From an uncultured Campylobacter sp. (GTDB lineage: Bacteria > Campylobacterota > Campylobacteria > Campylobacterales > Campylobacteraceae), in NCBI GenBank assembly GCA_963518785.1, contig CAUQKJ010000006.1:54410-118409 (forward strand): a DNA stretch of 64,000 nucleotides, written 5' to 3'. Below the pieces are notes generated by a model, which did no database searches, was not told the origin of the DNA, and saw nothing but the letters and a program-made list of their open reading frames with translations. Both the position numbers and the translations under genes were made by a program. Below, in pieces: positions 47,201 through 56,483 of this stretch (the stretch's first letter is position 1; each line of letters begins with the position of its first letter).

Positions 47201-48334
47201 ATTTAAATGCCGCGCAGATAAAATTTACGTCGGCACCGCAGCAAAGTCCTCTCGCGCAAAAGCGCTTTGTGCGAGTTCTCCTAATCTTGCAATCAACCTG
47301 CTTGTCGCACAGCAAAGCATCTGCGGCAAGCTCGCTCAATGAAAACGTCCATAGCATATCTCTGTCCGCCTGATGGCTACCGCAATAAAATTTAAGGGGG
47401 CAAACTCCAGGTCTCCGCGCCGTCTTGTATCGTTAAATTAAGCGAGCAATACCGCTCTTAAGTCCATACAAGCCCCGTCACACCACGCTTTAATTGCCGT
47501 TTTGACGGCGAGTTGCCCGCCTTTTGCGTCAAATTTAAAAACTAGAGCATTAATTCTACAAAAGGCCCGCGTGTTTGGCGCGGTGGGCTTTGTGCTTATT
47601 GCACAGCGGCAGTTTGCACCGCAAACGTTGCTTTAGCCCTACTTTTGAGCCCTCGCGCCGCTAAAATTTTACTAAATTTTACGCACCACCTTTTTGAAAC
47701 GATGCTTGCAAAACCATGTCTTTCTGCACATAGCCCCTTAAAATTCGAAGCAATTTTGCACGTTGTTTAGAACTTCGCGGTCGCAATATCTGCCGTTTTG
47801 CTCGCAAAAGTCCAAAACCGCCGCCTCATTCGGCACGCGGCGAGCTCGCAAAATCCAGTATGAGCCTATGCGTGCCGTCGCAGTCGCGATGCGCCAAGCT
47901 CTAGCCCAAGAACTCAAATAGCCCCTCAAACTCCGCCCTATTCATAGACAGGCTCTTTTCAAATGCATCTCGCTGCCGCTACGCCGCGAGCTTTTTGAGT
48001 TCCTTTTTTCTAGATTTTTCCACTCTTTCTCCTTTGCTGCGCCGCCTTGCCGCACGAATATCCTTTGGGCGCATTAACCTCATACCCGTCGTCCCCCGCC
48101 CTCAAGCGGGATGCAAATTTCATCCAAACCGTGCGCTACCTCGTCTATACCGAAATAACGCTTATTAATTTTAGCAGAGCGAAATTATAGCAAAAGCAGA
48201 GCGCGAAATCGCAAATCCGATGATTAAATTTTATCTAGAATAAAGAGCTATGTTTTCGGCCAAATTTTGCCGTACCGAGGGATAAAATTTAGCAAATTCG
48301 GATGAAATTCTATCGAGTAGATGTGTAGAATTTG

Positions 48335-48375
48335 ACCATAATCTAAAACAAAAGCGGCACCGAAGCGCACCGGCC
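48335..48375 (-). terminator. Rho-independent terminator after the arylsulfotransferase gene
   Basis: The minus strand reads AGCGGC-N21-GCCGCT followed by TTTGTTTT, 15 nt after the stop. Confidence 0.65.
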
Positions 48376-48390
48376 GGGAGCCGCTAAATT

Positions 48391-50238
48391 TTACTTCTCA
48401 AACGCCTTTTCTAGGCTAAACGGAAACGCCTGATAGCCCATCGCGTTGGTCATTTTTATTTCGATTGACGGCTCTTTTGCACCCCATTCAAACTCGTCGA
48501 TGTGAGGGCTAGGCACGCCGACGGGGCGTCCCTTGGCGATGTCAAACTGCATGCCCGCGACCGCCGAGTAAACCATCACGCTATCAAGGTCGTCTTGATA
48601 CTGCGCTAGCGAAGTAACCGAGCTGTACCACTCGCTGCCGCGCTGTTTGCCGTACTCCCAGAGCTGCTCGACGGTCTTGGCGTTCTCATCGATTTTATAA
48701 ACGACCGCGCGGGAGTATTTCATACCCGCCATCGCAGGCTGCTCCATACCGCGTGTGTCGCCGTTGTCAAAGACGGTGAGATACACGACGCCCTTTTTGG
48801 ACTTGCTATCGATTCGAAATGCCGTATGCTGCGTCCACTGCCAGTCAAATCCGCCCTTCTCGCTCTCGTAGCCAGGGCATTTTGAATACTCGTCCTCGCA
48901 GACGATTTTTTTGCCGTCTTTATCTATGGGCTGTAGCAAGTAGCCTTTAAACTGATCCTTCCAGCCTTTGTGCGCGCCCATTATCCATTTGATTTTTTTA
49001 TCGCGGCCGATCTTGATGACGGCGTCTTGGTGGCGGCTGGAGATGATGATGCTATCGTCGCTTGGATCATAATCCACGCTATTTACGTGCGCCCAGTTGC
49101 GTCCGGGGCCCGAGCCCACGATATCGCCCCATTTTTCGTTCGTATCCATCGCAGCTAGCTCGTCCGAGCTTGCGGTGTGGCCCGCCTTGCTAGCGTCGAT
49201 ATTTAGGCACACCGCGCCCTGATCAAGCGTTTTTAGCACAATGTCGCGGTACGGATCGAGAATTTCATATAATCTAAAATCATCTACGACGTTGCCGTCT
49301 CTATCGACCTCGACGATGACGTCGCGCACGGTGCGGACGTTTTTACCGTCGGCGCGTTTATAGTTGGCGTTTGCCGCGCGCAGGAAATAGTGCCCGTTTT
49401 GCGCAACGTCCATAGAGTGCGAGAAGTCGTTGTAGCCCGCAGGTAGCTCGCGGTTAAAGATTTCGCGTCCCATTATGTCGTATTTGGCGTATCGCTGCCC
49501 ATAGCCCCACGTCATCGCGCCGTCGTCGTTTTGCTTAAAGCCCATCATTACGCCCGCGCTAAAGGGCTGCTTGAGGTCGTAAATTTTACTCGGCTCCAGA
49601 TACCAGCGCACTTCGCCTTTGGTGTCAAGGATGAAGTTGTTCGGGCTGTAGTTCCACTCGATCGCGCCGCCTGCGGGGTTGTTCCACACGACTTTGGTGC
49701 CCTTGCCGGTTTTATTTACGAAGTTATTTACGTAGTAGAGGCGGTTAGCGAATTTCGCGCTCGGAGCCTTTACGACTTCGATTTTATCAAATAGCGCGCC
49801 CTTTTGAGACGGCATGCCCGAGCTCTCTAGATAAATCGCTGGAGCGTAAATTTTATAGGTTTCTTTTATGTGCTCGGTTTGGCCCTTATAAATTTTATCG
49901 TACTCTACCTCGACGGTGTTTTGATAGTCCGGATATAGCCCAAAAACAGGGATTCCGCCGTGCGTGCGAAGGTGTTTGTCGGCGACCTTATAGCTGATCG
50001 TCTGGCCGTCCGGCTTCGGCACGATGGTGACTTTCGCGTTTGATAGCGTGTATCCGCCGTTTTTGATGACCGCCGTTAGAGGCGCAATGTCGTATGGGTT
50101 TACGACTACTTCGCCGATCTTGCCAGGGATACCGTAGTCTATGTGCGCGCCGCTAGGTCCGCCGATAGCGAGCGCGGCCGTGCTTAGACCGCCTAAAAGC
50201 GCCGCAGCTAGCGCAAATGAAGAAAGAGTTCGCTTCAT
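48391..50238 (-). CDS. Periplasmic aryl-sulfate sulfotransferase (AssT/AstA family), copy 1
   Basis: Signal peptide. 615 aa. The beta-propeller-type sequence shares long collinear similarity with the copy at 56484-58256 (for example NWAHVNSVDYDPSDDSIIISSRHQDAVIKIGRDKKIKWI). A dsbA/dsbB-type pair is adjacent. Confidence 0.8.
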   Translation of the reverse strand: MKRTLSSFALAAALLGGLSTAALAIGGPSGAHIDYGIPGKIGEVVVNPYDIAPLTAVIKNGGYTLSNAKVTIVPKPDGQTISYKVADKHLRTHGGIPVFGLYPDYQNTVEVEYDKIYKGQTEHIKETYKIYAPAIYLESSGMPSQKGALFDKIEVVKAPSAKFANRLYYVNNFVNKTGKGTKVVWNNPAGGAIEWNYSPNNFILDTKGEVRWYLEPSKIYDLKQPFSAGVMMGFKQNDDGAMTWGYGQRYAKYDIMGREIFNRELPAGYNDFSHSMDVAQNGHYFLRAANANYKRADGKNVRTVRDVIVEVDRDGNVVDDFRLYEILDPYRDIVLKTLDQGAVCLNIDASKAGHTASSDELAAMDTNEKWGDIVGSGPGRNWAHVNSVDYDPSDDSIIISSRHQDAVIKIGRDKKIKWIMGAHKGWKDQFKGYLLQPIDKDGKKIVCEDEYSKCPGYESEKGGFDWQWTQHTAFRIDSKSKKGVVYLTVFDNGDTRGMEQPAMAGMKYSRAVVYKIDENAKTVEQLWEYGKQRGSEWYSSVTSLAQYQDDLDSVMVYSAVAGMQFDIAKGRPVGVPSPHIDEFEWGAKEPSIEIKMTNAMGYQAFPFSLEKAFEK

Positions 50239-50472
50239 CTTATTCTCCTTTGAATTGGTTTGATATCGTAATTTTAATCAACCTTGCTAACGTAGAAATC
50301 ACACGTTTATTAAAACTTGCTTAATTGTAAAAAATAATTTCAAATTTTGGCTTTTGTGCCAAAATTTAGTCGAAATTTTATAAATTTAATCTAAAATTTA
50401 TCTTAGCGTGAGTTCTGCGGCGGCGAGAGGATATAAAATTAACGCAAACGAAATCATTTTAAGGAGCACTCC

Positions 50473-51129
50473 ATGAACCTACTTTCTAAATTTAGCAAAG
50501 GCTTTCTAGCAGTCGCGATGTTCGGCGCCATAAGCGCTGCCGCGTTTACCGAGGGCGAGGACTACGTCAAGCTAGAAAAACCGCTACCCGTAGAGCAAAA
50601 CACACTGGTTAAGGTTTTTAGCTACGCTTGCCCGTTTTGCTATAAATACGATAAAACCGTAACGCCAAAGGTAGTTGAGAAAATTTCCGGCTTAAAATAC
50701 GTGCCGTTCCATCTAAAAACCAAGGGCGAATACGGCGAGCTCGGAAGTAAAATTTTAGCCGTTTTAGCCGTGATGGACGAGGAAAAGGGCGTGAGCCTGC
50801 TAGATGAAAACTCGCTGTTTAAAAAGGCTAAATTTGCCTACTACAAGGCCTATCACGATCAAAGACAGCGCTGGAGCGACGGCAAGGACGAGGCTGCGTT
50901 TTTAAAGACGGGGCTTGATGCGGCGGGTATCAGCGAAGCGGATTATCAAAAGAAGCTAGAGGATCCAAAGGTCGCCGAACTGCTTAAAAAATGGGACGAG
51001 AGCTACGACGTAGCCAAGATCCAGGGTGTGCCGGCGTTCGTCGTAAACGGCAAATACCTCATCATGACGAAGTCCATCAACTCTATCGACGGCATGGCGC
51101 AGCTAATTGAAGAGCTGCTCAAAAAATAG
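50473..51129 (+). CDS. Periplasmic thiol:disulfide oxidoreductase, DsbA/DsbL-like (CPFC active site)
   Basis: Signal peptide. FSYACPFCYKYD thioredoxin-fold active site. GVPAFVVNGKY cis-Pro loop. Confidence 0.85.
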   Translation: MNLLSKFSKGFLAVAMFGAISAAAFTEGEDYVKLEKPLPVEQNTLVKVFSYACPFCYKYDKTVTPKVVEKISGLKYVPFHLKTKGEYGELGSKILAVLAVMDEEKGVSLLDENSLFKKAKFAYYKAYHDQRQRWSDGKDEAAFLKTGLDAAGISEADYQKKLEDPKVAELLKKWDESYDVAKIQGVPAFVVNGKYLIMTKSINSIDGMAQLIEELLKK

Positions 51130-51138
51130 GGCGCGGGC

Positions 51139-51762
51139 ATGAAATTTGCGGAAAAAATAGCAAAATTTGGCGATAGCCGCCTGCCGTGGGCGATCCTCAT
51201 AGCGGTAAGCGTGGGGCTTGTGATCCTCGCGCACTCGCTGTTTCAAAACTACGTCTATATGCCGCCTTGCGAGCAGTGCGTCTATATCCGCTTTGCCTTT
51301 TTGTGCATGGCGCTAGGAGGCTTGGTCGCGATCATAAATCCTAAAAATTTGCTCCTCGCCGCGGTAGGCTACCTGCTAGCCTTTTGGGGCGCGATCCAGG
51401 GCATAATGTATAGCGTAAAGCTCGCCAAGATCCACGACGCCGTGCATGGAGACGATCCGTTCGGCGTGCAGGGCTGCTCGACCGAGCCGCACTATCCGTT
51501 CGGTCTGCCGCTTGAGCGGTGGGCGCCCGATTGGTTCTTGCCTACTGGCGACTGCGGATACGATAATCCGATGGTTCCGGACGGCGTCACGCTAAGCGGC
51601 TTTCAAAAATATCTCGTCGATCTTTACGAGGACGGCTGGTACCTCATCCCATCAAGCAAATTTATGTCGATGGCCGACTGCACACTCGTGGGCTTTGGCG
51701 TCTGCTTCGTCGTGCTCGCCGCGATGTTCGTTTGCAAAATTTTAACTCTGAAAAAAGCTTAA
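51139..51762 (+). CDS. DsbB-family disulfide bond formation membrane protein (DsbI-like)
   Basis: Four TM helices. First-loop CEQC. The second periplasmic loop has a Cys pair (GCSTEP...GDCGYD). Confidence 0.8.
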   Translation: MKFAEKIAKFGDSRLPWAILIAVSVGLVILAHSLFQNYVYMPPCEQCVYIRFAFLCMALGGLVAIINPKNLLLAAVGYLLAFWGAIQGIMYSVKLAKIHDAVHGDDPFGVQGCSTEPHYPFGLPLERWAPDWFLPTGDCGYDNPMVPDGVTLSGFQKYLVDLYEDGWYLIPSSKFMSMADCTLVGFGVCFVVLAAMFVCKILTLKKA

Positions 51763-51786
51763 ATCGGTCTAAATTTAGACCGATTT
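51761..51786. promoter_or_regulatory. Perfect 26-nt palindrome AAATCGGTCTAAATTTAGACCGATTT between dsbB-like and the kinase gene (hairpin/terminator or operator)
   Basis: Read directly. It overlaps the dsbB-like stop codon (its first two bases) and ends 15 nt before the kinase ATG. Followed by TTTGCTATACT. Confidence 0.5.
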
Positions 51787-51801
51787 TGCTATACTCGCCG
51801 T

Positions 51802-53451
51802 ATGAAAGCCTTACGCGAGCATAATTTTAAAATCTACTTCATCATCATTTTCGCAAGCCTTTTTGTGGTGCTTTTGGGCGTAAAAAACTACGAGGACGCT
51901 AAGGCGCAGATCACGACGCTCGCGGACAAAAACAAGATCGCCGCTAGCGAAAATATGGTCGGGAATTTCTCGTTTTGGCTAGACGAGCGACTGCGCTCGC
52001 TGGTGCGCGCGGCTAAATTTATGCAAAACGCGGGTATCTCGCAAGATAGCGAAAAGCTCGGCGGCTTCATACGTCTTTTTAAAGAAAATTCCGCGGAATT
52101 CGACGCCTTGCAGTTTTTGCGCGAGGACGGAGAAATTTTCGTCGACGGCAAGGAGCTCGGCGAGAACGAAGCGATGCCAAAGAGCCTTCGCACGGGGCTT
52201 GTGTGGTTTGAAGAGACCAAAAGCACGCTCGCGCCCACGGTAAATTTTATGCAGCGCCATAAAATTTTAGGCGAGCCGACGTTAAATTTATGCGTGCCCG
52301 TGCTGGACGGCGGCTCGTTTGCAGGGGTATTTTGCGGCGTGGTGAAGCTGCAAAACATACTAAAAAATATGGAAAAATTTAAGCTCGCGCCAGATTCCTA
52401 CGCCTTTATCGTAACCCATGGCGGCGAAATTTTAACTCCGATGAAGGATGCCGCACTAAAAAAGCAGATCGAGGATAAATTTAAAGAGCTTTTTTTGCGG
52501 GGCGAAGATATCACGAGCATAAAAATCGGCTCAAATTTCATCTCCGTCGCCGAGATCCCCACGCTAAACTGGTTCATCGGCGCAGGTACGGATAACGAAA
52601 AGGAGCTCGCCGCGCTGCTTAACTCCGCGCTAAAAAATGCCCTTACTCTGCTTTTTGCGTTCGCGGCGTTGGCACTGGTGGCAAATTTCCTCCACAACTT
52701 TATGTACTCAAAAATCAAAAACCTGCAAGACGACTACGAGGCCCTGCTCAAGCACAAAGCGCGTATGAGCGAGGCTGGCGAGCTAATCAGCGGCATAAAT
52801 CATCAGTTTATCCAGCCGGTTAATTCGCTAAATTTGATGATATCAAGCCTGCTCATGCTGCAAAAAGACGGCAAGCTAGACGCCGCGACGCTAGAGAGTA
52901 TGCTGCAAAAAGGCCAAGCCGCGACCGTGCTTTTAAGCGACACGATCGAGATTTTCAGAAATTTTTATAAAACGAGCGACAGCCCGCAAAAATTTAGCGT
53001 AGAGCGCTGCATCAAAGACCTGCTAAAACTCATGCACACCGAGCTTAGCAAAGCAAACGTCGCGGTAAACCTGCGCGAGTTTAAAGATGAGCAAGCGACT
53101 CAGCGAATGGGCATCGTGCAGCAAATTTTACTCATCCTCATTCACAATGCAAAAGACGCAGTCGTGGAGCGATACAAAGACGAGATCGCCAAGCGGCAGA
53201 TTTTTATCAATGTCAAATTTGAAAACGGCACGTGCAAGATAGCCGTCACGGACTACGGCAGCGGCGTGAGCAAGGCGGCTCGGGATAAAATTTTAACCCA
53301 GCCAAAAACCACCAAAAAGCAAGGAAGCGGCATCGGACTGTATTTTGGCAAAAAGCTAGCAAACGAAAAGCTCGCGGGTGATATCAGGCTACTAAGCGCG
53401 GGCGATCCGACGACGTTTGAGCTCGGCTTTGAAACAAATTTAAAGGAGTGA
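51802..53451 (+). CDS. Sensor histidine kinase with a periplasmic Cache-like domain
   Basis: Two TM helices bracket a domain of about 250 aa. H-box SGINHQFIQPVNSL. HATPase motifs HNAKDA, DYGSGV and GSGIGLY. Confidence 0.8.
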   Translation: MKALREHNFKIYFIIIFASLFVVLLGVKNYEDAKAQITTLADKNKIAASENMVGNFSFWLDERLRSLVRAAKFMQNAGISQDSEKLGGFIRLFKENSAEFDALQFLREDGEIFVDGKELGENEAMPKSLRTGLVWFEETKSTLAPTVNFMQRHKILGEPTLNLCVPVLDGGSFAGVFCGVVKLQNILKNMEKFKLAPDSYAFIVTHGGEILTPMKDAALKKQIEDKFKELFLRGEDITSIKIGSNFISVAEIPTLNWFIGAGTDNEKELAALLNSALKNALTLLFAFAALALVANFLHNFMYSKIKNLQDDYEALLKHKARMSEAGELISGINHQFIQPVNSLNLMISSLLMLQKDGKLDAATLESMLQKGQAATVLLSDTIEIFRNFYKTSDSPQKFSVERCIKDLLKLMHTELSKANVAVNLREFKDEQATQRMGIVQQILLILIHNAKDAVVERYKDEIAKRQIFINVKFENGTCKIAVTDYGSGVSKAARDKILTQPKTTKKQGSGIGLYFGKKLANEKLAGDIRLLSAGDPTTFELGFETNLKE

Positions 53452-53452
53452 G

Positions 53453-54133
53453 ATGCAAGAGCATTTAAAGCTACTTAAAGACCTGAGCGTCCTCATCGTC
53501 GAGGACGACGAGATCGCAAGGGAGCTGCTAATAGGCGGGCTAAAGCCCTACTGCCTAAGCGTCTGGGGTGCGGGCGACGGGCTGGAGGGGCTGGAGCGCT
53601 TTAAAAAGCTAGCTCCCGCCGTCGTCATTACCGATATCCACATGCCCGCGATGAACGGCTTTGAGATGATGAAGGAGATGATACGCGTCAAACCCGCGCA
53701 AAAATTTATCGTCTTTACCTCCTACGACACCGACGATAACCTCATCAAAAGCATCGAGCACGGCGCGGCGTCGTTTCTAAAAAAGCCCGTCGATATCGCC
53801 GCTTTGTGCCGTCTGCTCGTGGCTCTAACCTACGAAAAGGACGAGAAGCTCGTACGTCTGAGCCCGCAAACTAGCATAAATCTCGCTAAAGAAAAGATCT
53901 ACAAAAACGGCGAGGAAATTTATCTCTCATTTTTGCAAAACAAGCTCTTTTGGCTCTTTGCGTACAATCTAAACAAGCTCGTGAGCTACGAGATGATCGA
54001 GGAGTTCGTCTATGAGGGTGAGCAAACGAGCAAGGGCGCGATACAAAACGTCGTGCTGAGGCTAAAGCGGGAGCTGGGGGTTAAATTTAAAAACATCAGT
54101 GAAAGTGGATATATACTGCTAAGCGGCGAATAG
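53453..54133 (+). CDS. Response regulator transcription factor
   Basis: Receiver VLIVEDDE...VITDIHMPAMNG...KP plus a C-terminal winged-helix-like segment. 1-nt gap after the kinase stop. Confidence 0.85.
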   Translation: MQEHLKLLKDLSVLIVEDDEIARELLIGGLKPYCLSVWGAGDGLEGLERFKKLAPAVVITDIHMPAMNGFEMMKEMIRVKPAQKFIVFTSYDTDDNLIKSIEHGAASFLKKPVDIAALCRLLVALTYEKDEKLVRLSPQTSINLAKEKIYKNGEEIYLSFLQNKLFWLFAYNLNKLVSYEMIEEFVYEGEQTSKGAIQNVVLRLKRELGVKFKNISESGYILLSGE

Positions 54134-54233
54134 TCTAAATTTGGCGGCTCGTCTTTTTGCCCTATACGGCGCCCGATTTCGCTGCGGGCTGCAGTCACGT
54201 ATTATATATACGCTCCTTTGCCCTTGCTCATCC

Positions 54234-54284
54234 GCCTCGTCTATGACAAAAATACTTCACCTTGAAATTTCTACATTCAAATTT
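54234..54284 (+). repeat. Copy 1 of an imperfect direct repeat of about 50 nt (exact core AAAATACTTCACCTTGAAATTT)
   Basis: GCCTCGTCTATGACAAAAATACTTCACCTTGAAATTTCTACATTCAAATTT. Compare 54369-54417. Confidence 0.8.
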
Positions 54285-54368
54285 GGCGTTAGAGGCTAAA
54301 TTTTATTTGCGGCTCGCTCGGCTTCGGTTACGGATGAGCGAGTCCGCTCCCTCGCCTCGTTTGCCGCT

Positions 54369-54417
54369 GCCTCGTCTGACGTAAAATACTTCACCTTGAA
54401 ATTTTACATTTAAATTT
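54369..54417 (+). repeat. Copy 2 of the imperfect direct repeat of about 50 nt
   Basis: GCCTCGTCTGACGTAAAATACTTCACCTTGAAATTTTACATTTAAATTT. The 22-nt core is identical to copy 1. Confidence 0.8.
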
Positions 54418-54592
54418 AAAGTCAAATTTTAAATTTTGGCTCAAACCTTACCCGCCGAAACCCGTGCTTTGAAAACGTAAATTTAGTCGCTGCCGCGCCG
54501 TAGGGTTTAGCGATAAAATTTACTAGAACCCTGCCGCTGCGGCTAAATTTAATGCAGCGCGTAAAACAAAGCTTGCTTTGACGCGGCGAAAC

Positions 54593-55243
54593 CTATTTCG
54601 CCAGCAGCTCCTTTACCGCGGCGGCCATTTCATCGACGGAGCCAAACGAAGCCGTGTTTAAAAGATACTTGCCGCTCACGACGAAGGCGGGCACGCCCGA
54701 AATCACCGCGACTTCGTAGCCCCCGTCCCACTGCGCGAGCAGAGCCTGCGCCTTTTTGCTGGCAAGTGCCGCTTCATATTCGCTCTCGCTCACGCCCGCG
54801 GCATCTAGCGCGGTTTTGATGAACCTTTGCTTATCGCTACCGCCGCCAAAATCATCCTTTTTGTCGTGGATCGCTTTGTAAATCGCGAATTTCGCCTTTT
54901 TAAATTTCGACTCGTCGCTTAGTAGGCTCACATCGTCCTTTTCATCAAGCACGATAAGGGCTGCGAATACACCGCTTGCGGTCTGTCCGAACACGCCTTT
55001 GGTCTTTAGATGCCACGGCAAAAACTCCGCCCCCTCAAGCTTTTTCATCAGCTGCGGCGTGACCGTCCTATCGAACGCATAGCAGTGCGGGCACTCGTAG
55101 TTAAAAATTTTGACGACGCTGTTTTTAGGCACGTTTAGCGGCTTTTGCAACACTTGATAATTAACGCCCTCCTCTAGCGCGTTTGCACCCGAGCCAAGTA
55201 AGCAAACGGCAGCTAAAATTCTTAAAAATTTAGCAATTTTCAT
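54593..55243 (-). CDS. dsbA: Periplasmic thiol:disulfide oxidoreductase DsbA (CPHC active site), paralog of 50473-51129
   Basis: Signal peptide. FNYECPHCYAFD. GVPAFVVSGKY. Collinear with the other DsbA-like protein. Confidence 0.85.
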   Translation of the reverse strand: MKIAKFLRILAAVCLLGSGANALEEGVNYQVLQKPLNVPKNSVVKIFNYECPHCYAFDRTVTPQLMKKLEGAEFLPWHLKTKGVFGQTASGVFAALIVLDEKDDVSLLSDESKFKKAKFAIYKAIHDKKDDFGGGSDKQRFIKTALDAAGVSESEYEAALASKKAQALLAQWDGGYEVAVISGVPAFVVSGKYLLNTASFGSVDEMAAAVKELLAK

Positions 55244-55499
55244 AAAATTCCTTTGCGGTAAATTTCAAAGATTGTATAAAATAAAGGGTAAATTTGAGAT
55301 TAAAGCGGACAAAGGCAAGGCGGCTTCCCACAGAAAATATATAAAATAGCAGGCTACGCCATCACGCCGCTTGAGCAAGTAAGTTAATTTATCGCCACAA
55401 GCTCTATCTCCAATCTCGCTCAAGCTCAAATTTAATAGCAAGGATTGCACGCTCGCGGCTTAATTTTAAAGTATGCAATCCGCTTTAATTCAATAAATT

Positions 55500-56354
55500 T
55501 TACTTATCAAAGGCATGTATTATCCATTTTACGCGCTCAGGATCTGCGTGGTCGGAAAATAGCGTCTTATCCGTATCCAGCGCAGCGATAGCAGCCATAT
55601 CCTCTGGCGAAAGCGTAAAATCAAAAATATTGAAATTTTGCTTCATTCGCTCGATTTTAACGCTTTTTGGAATGACGACGATGCCGCGCTGAATTAACCA
55701 GCGCAAAATAACTTGAGCCGAGCTTTTGCCGTATTTTTCACCGATACCGCTTAGTACGGCGTTTTTAAATATATCGTTTTTGCCCTCGGCGAAGCTAGCC
55801 CACGACCCAAACGCTATGCCGTAATCCTCAAGCGTGCGCTTTAACGCTTCACGCTGAAAAAATGGATGACACTCAAGCTGATTTACGGCAGGAATGACGC
55901 CGCTGTTTTCGCACAGATCGACGATCCGATCGGCGTAGAAGTTGCTAACGCCGATAGAACGAACAAGGCCCTCATCGCGCAAACGTTTCATCGCTCGCCA
56001 CGCGCCGTAGGTGTCGCTATATGGCTGATGGATGAGATACAGATCGAGATAATCAAGCCCTAGCTTTTTCATCGACGCATCAAAGGCTTTTAGCGCTTGT
56101 TTTTCGCCCGCATCGTTAATCCAAAGCTTAGTAGTGATAAACAGCTCCTCGCGCTTTAACCCACCTGCGAGAGCCGTCTTAATTGCTGCGCCCACGCTTT
56201 CTTCATTGAAATACGCCTTTGCCGTATCGATGCTGCGGTAGCCGACCGAGATCGCATCCTCAACGCATCTTTGCGTCTCTTTCGGATCTACCTGAAATAC
56301 GCCAAATCCTAAAATCGGCATCTTATTGCCGTCATTTAAGCTTACAAATTCCAT
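55500..56354 (-). CDS. Aldo/keto reductase
   Basis: Start set at the ATG after AAAGGAGC. MPILGFGVFQV, IDTAKAY and LDYLDLYLIHQP are typical AKR motifs. Confidence 0.85.
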   Translation of the reverse strand: MEFVSLNDGNKMPILGFGVFQVDPKETQRCVEDAISVGYRSIDTAKAYFNEESVGAAIKTALAGGLKREELFITTKLWINDAGEKQALKAFDASMKKLGLDYLDLYLIHQPYSDTYGAWRAMKRLRDEGLVRSIGVSNFYADRIVDLCENSGVIPAVNQLECHPFFQREALKRTLEDYGIAFGSWASFAEGKNDIFKNAVLSGIGEKYGKSSAQVILRWLIQRGIVVIPKSVKIERMKQNFNIFDFTLSPEDMAAIAALDTDKTLFSDHADPERVKWIIHAFDK

Positions 56355-56483
56355 TTTAGCTCCTTTGCTAAAAAAATTCATCTTATATAAAAATTTAAAA
56401 TTTCGCGCTTAAGTCGTAAAATTCTATCCGCACCAAAGCGACAGGTGGAATTTAAAAGCCAAATTCCAACCCACCGCGAAATT

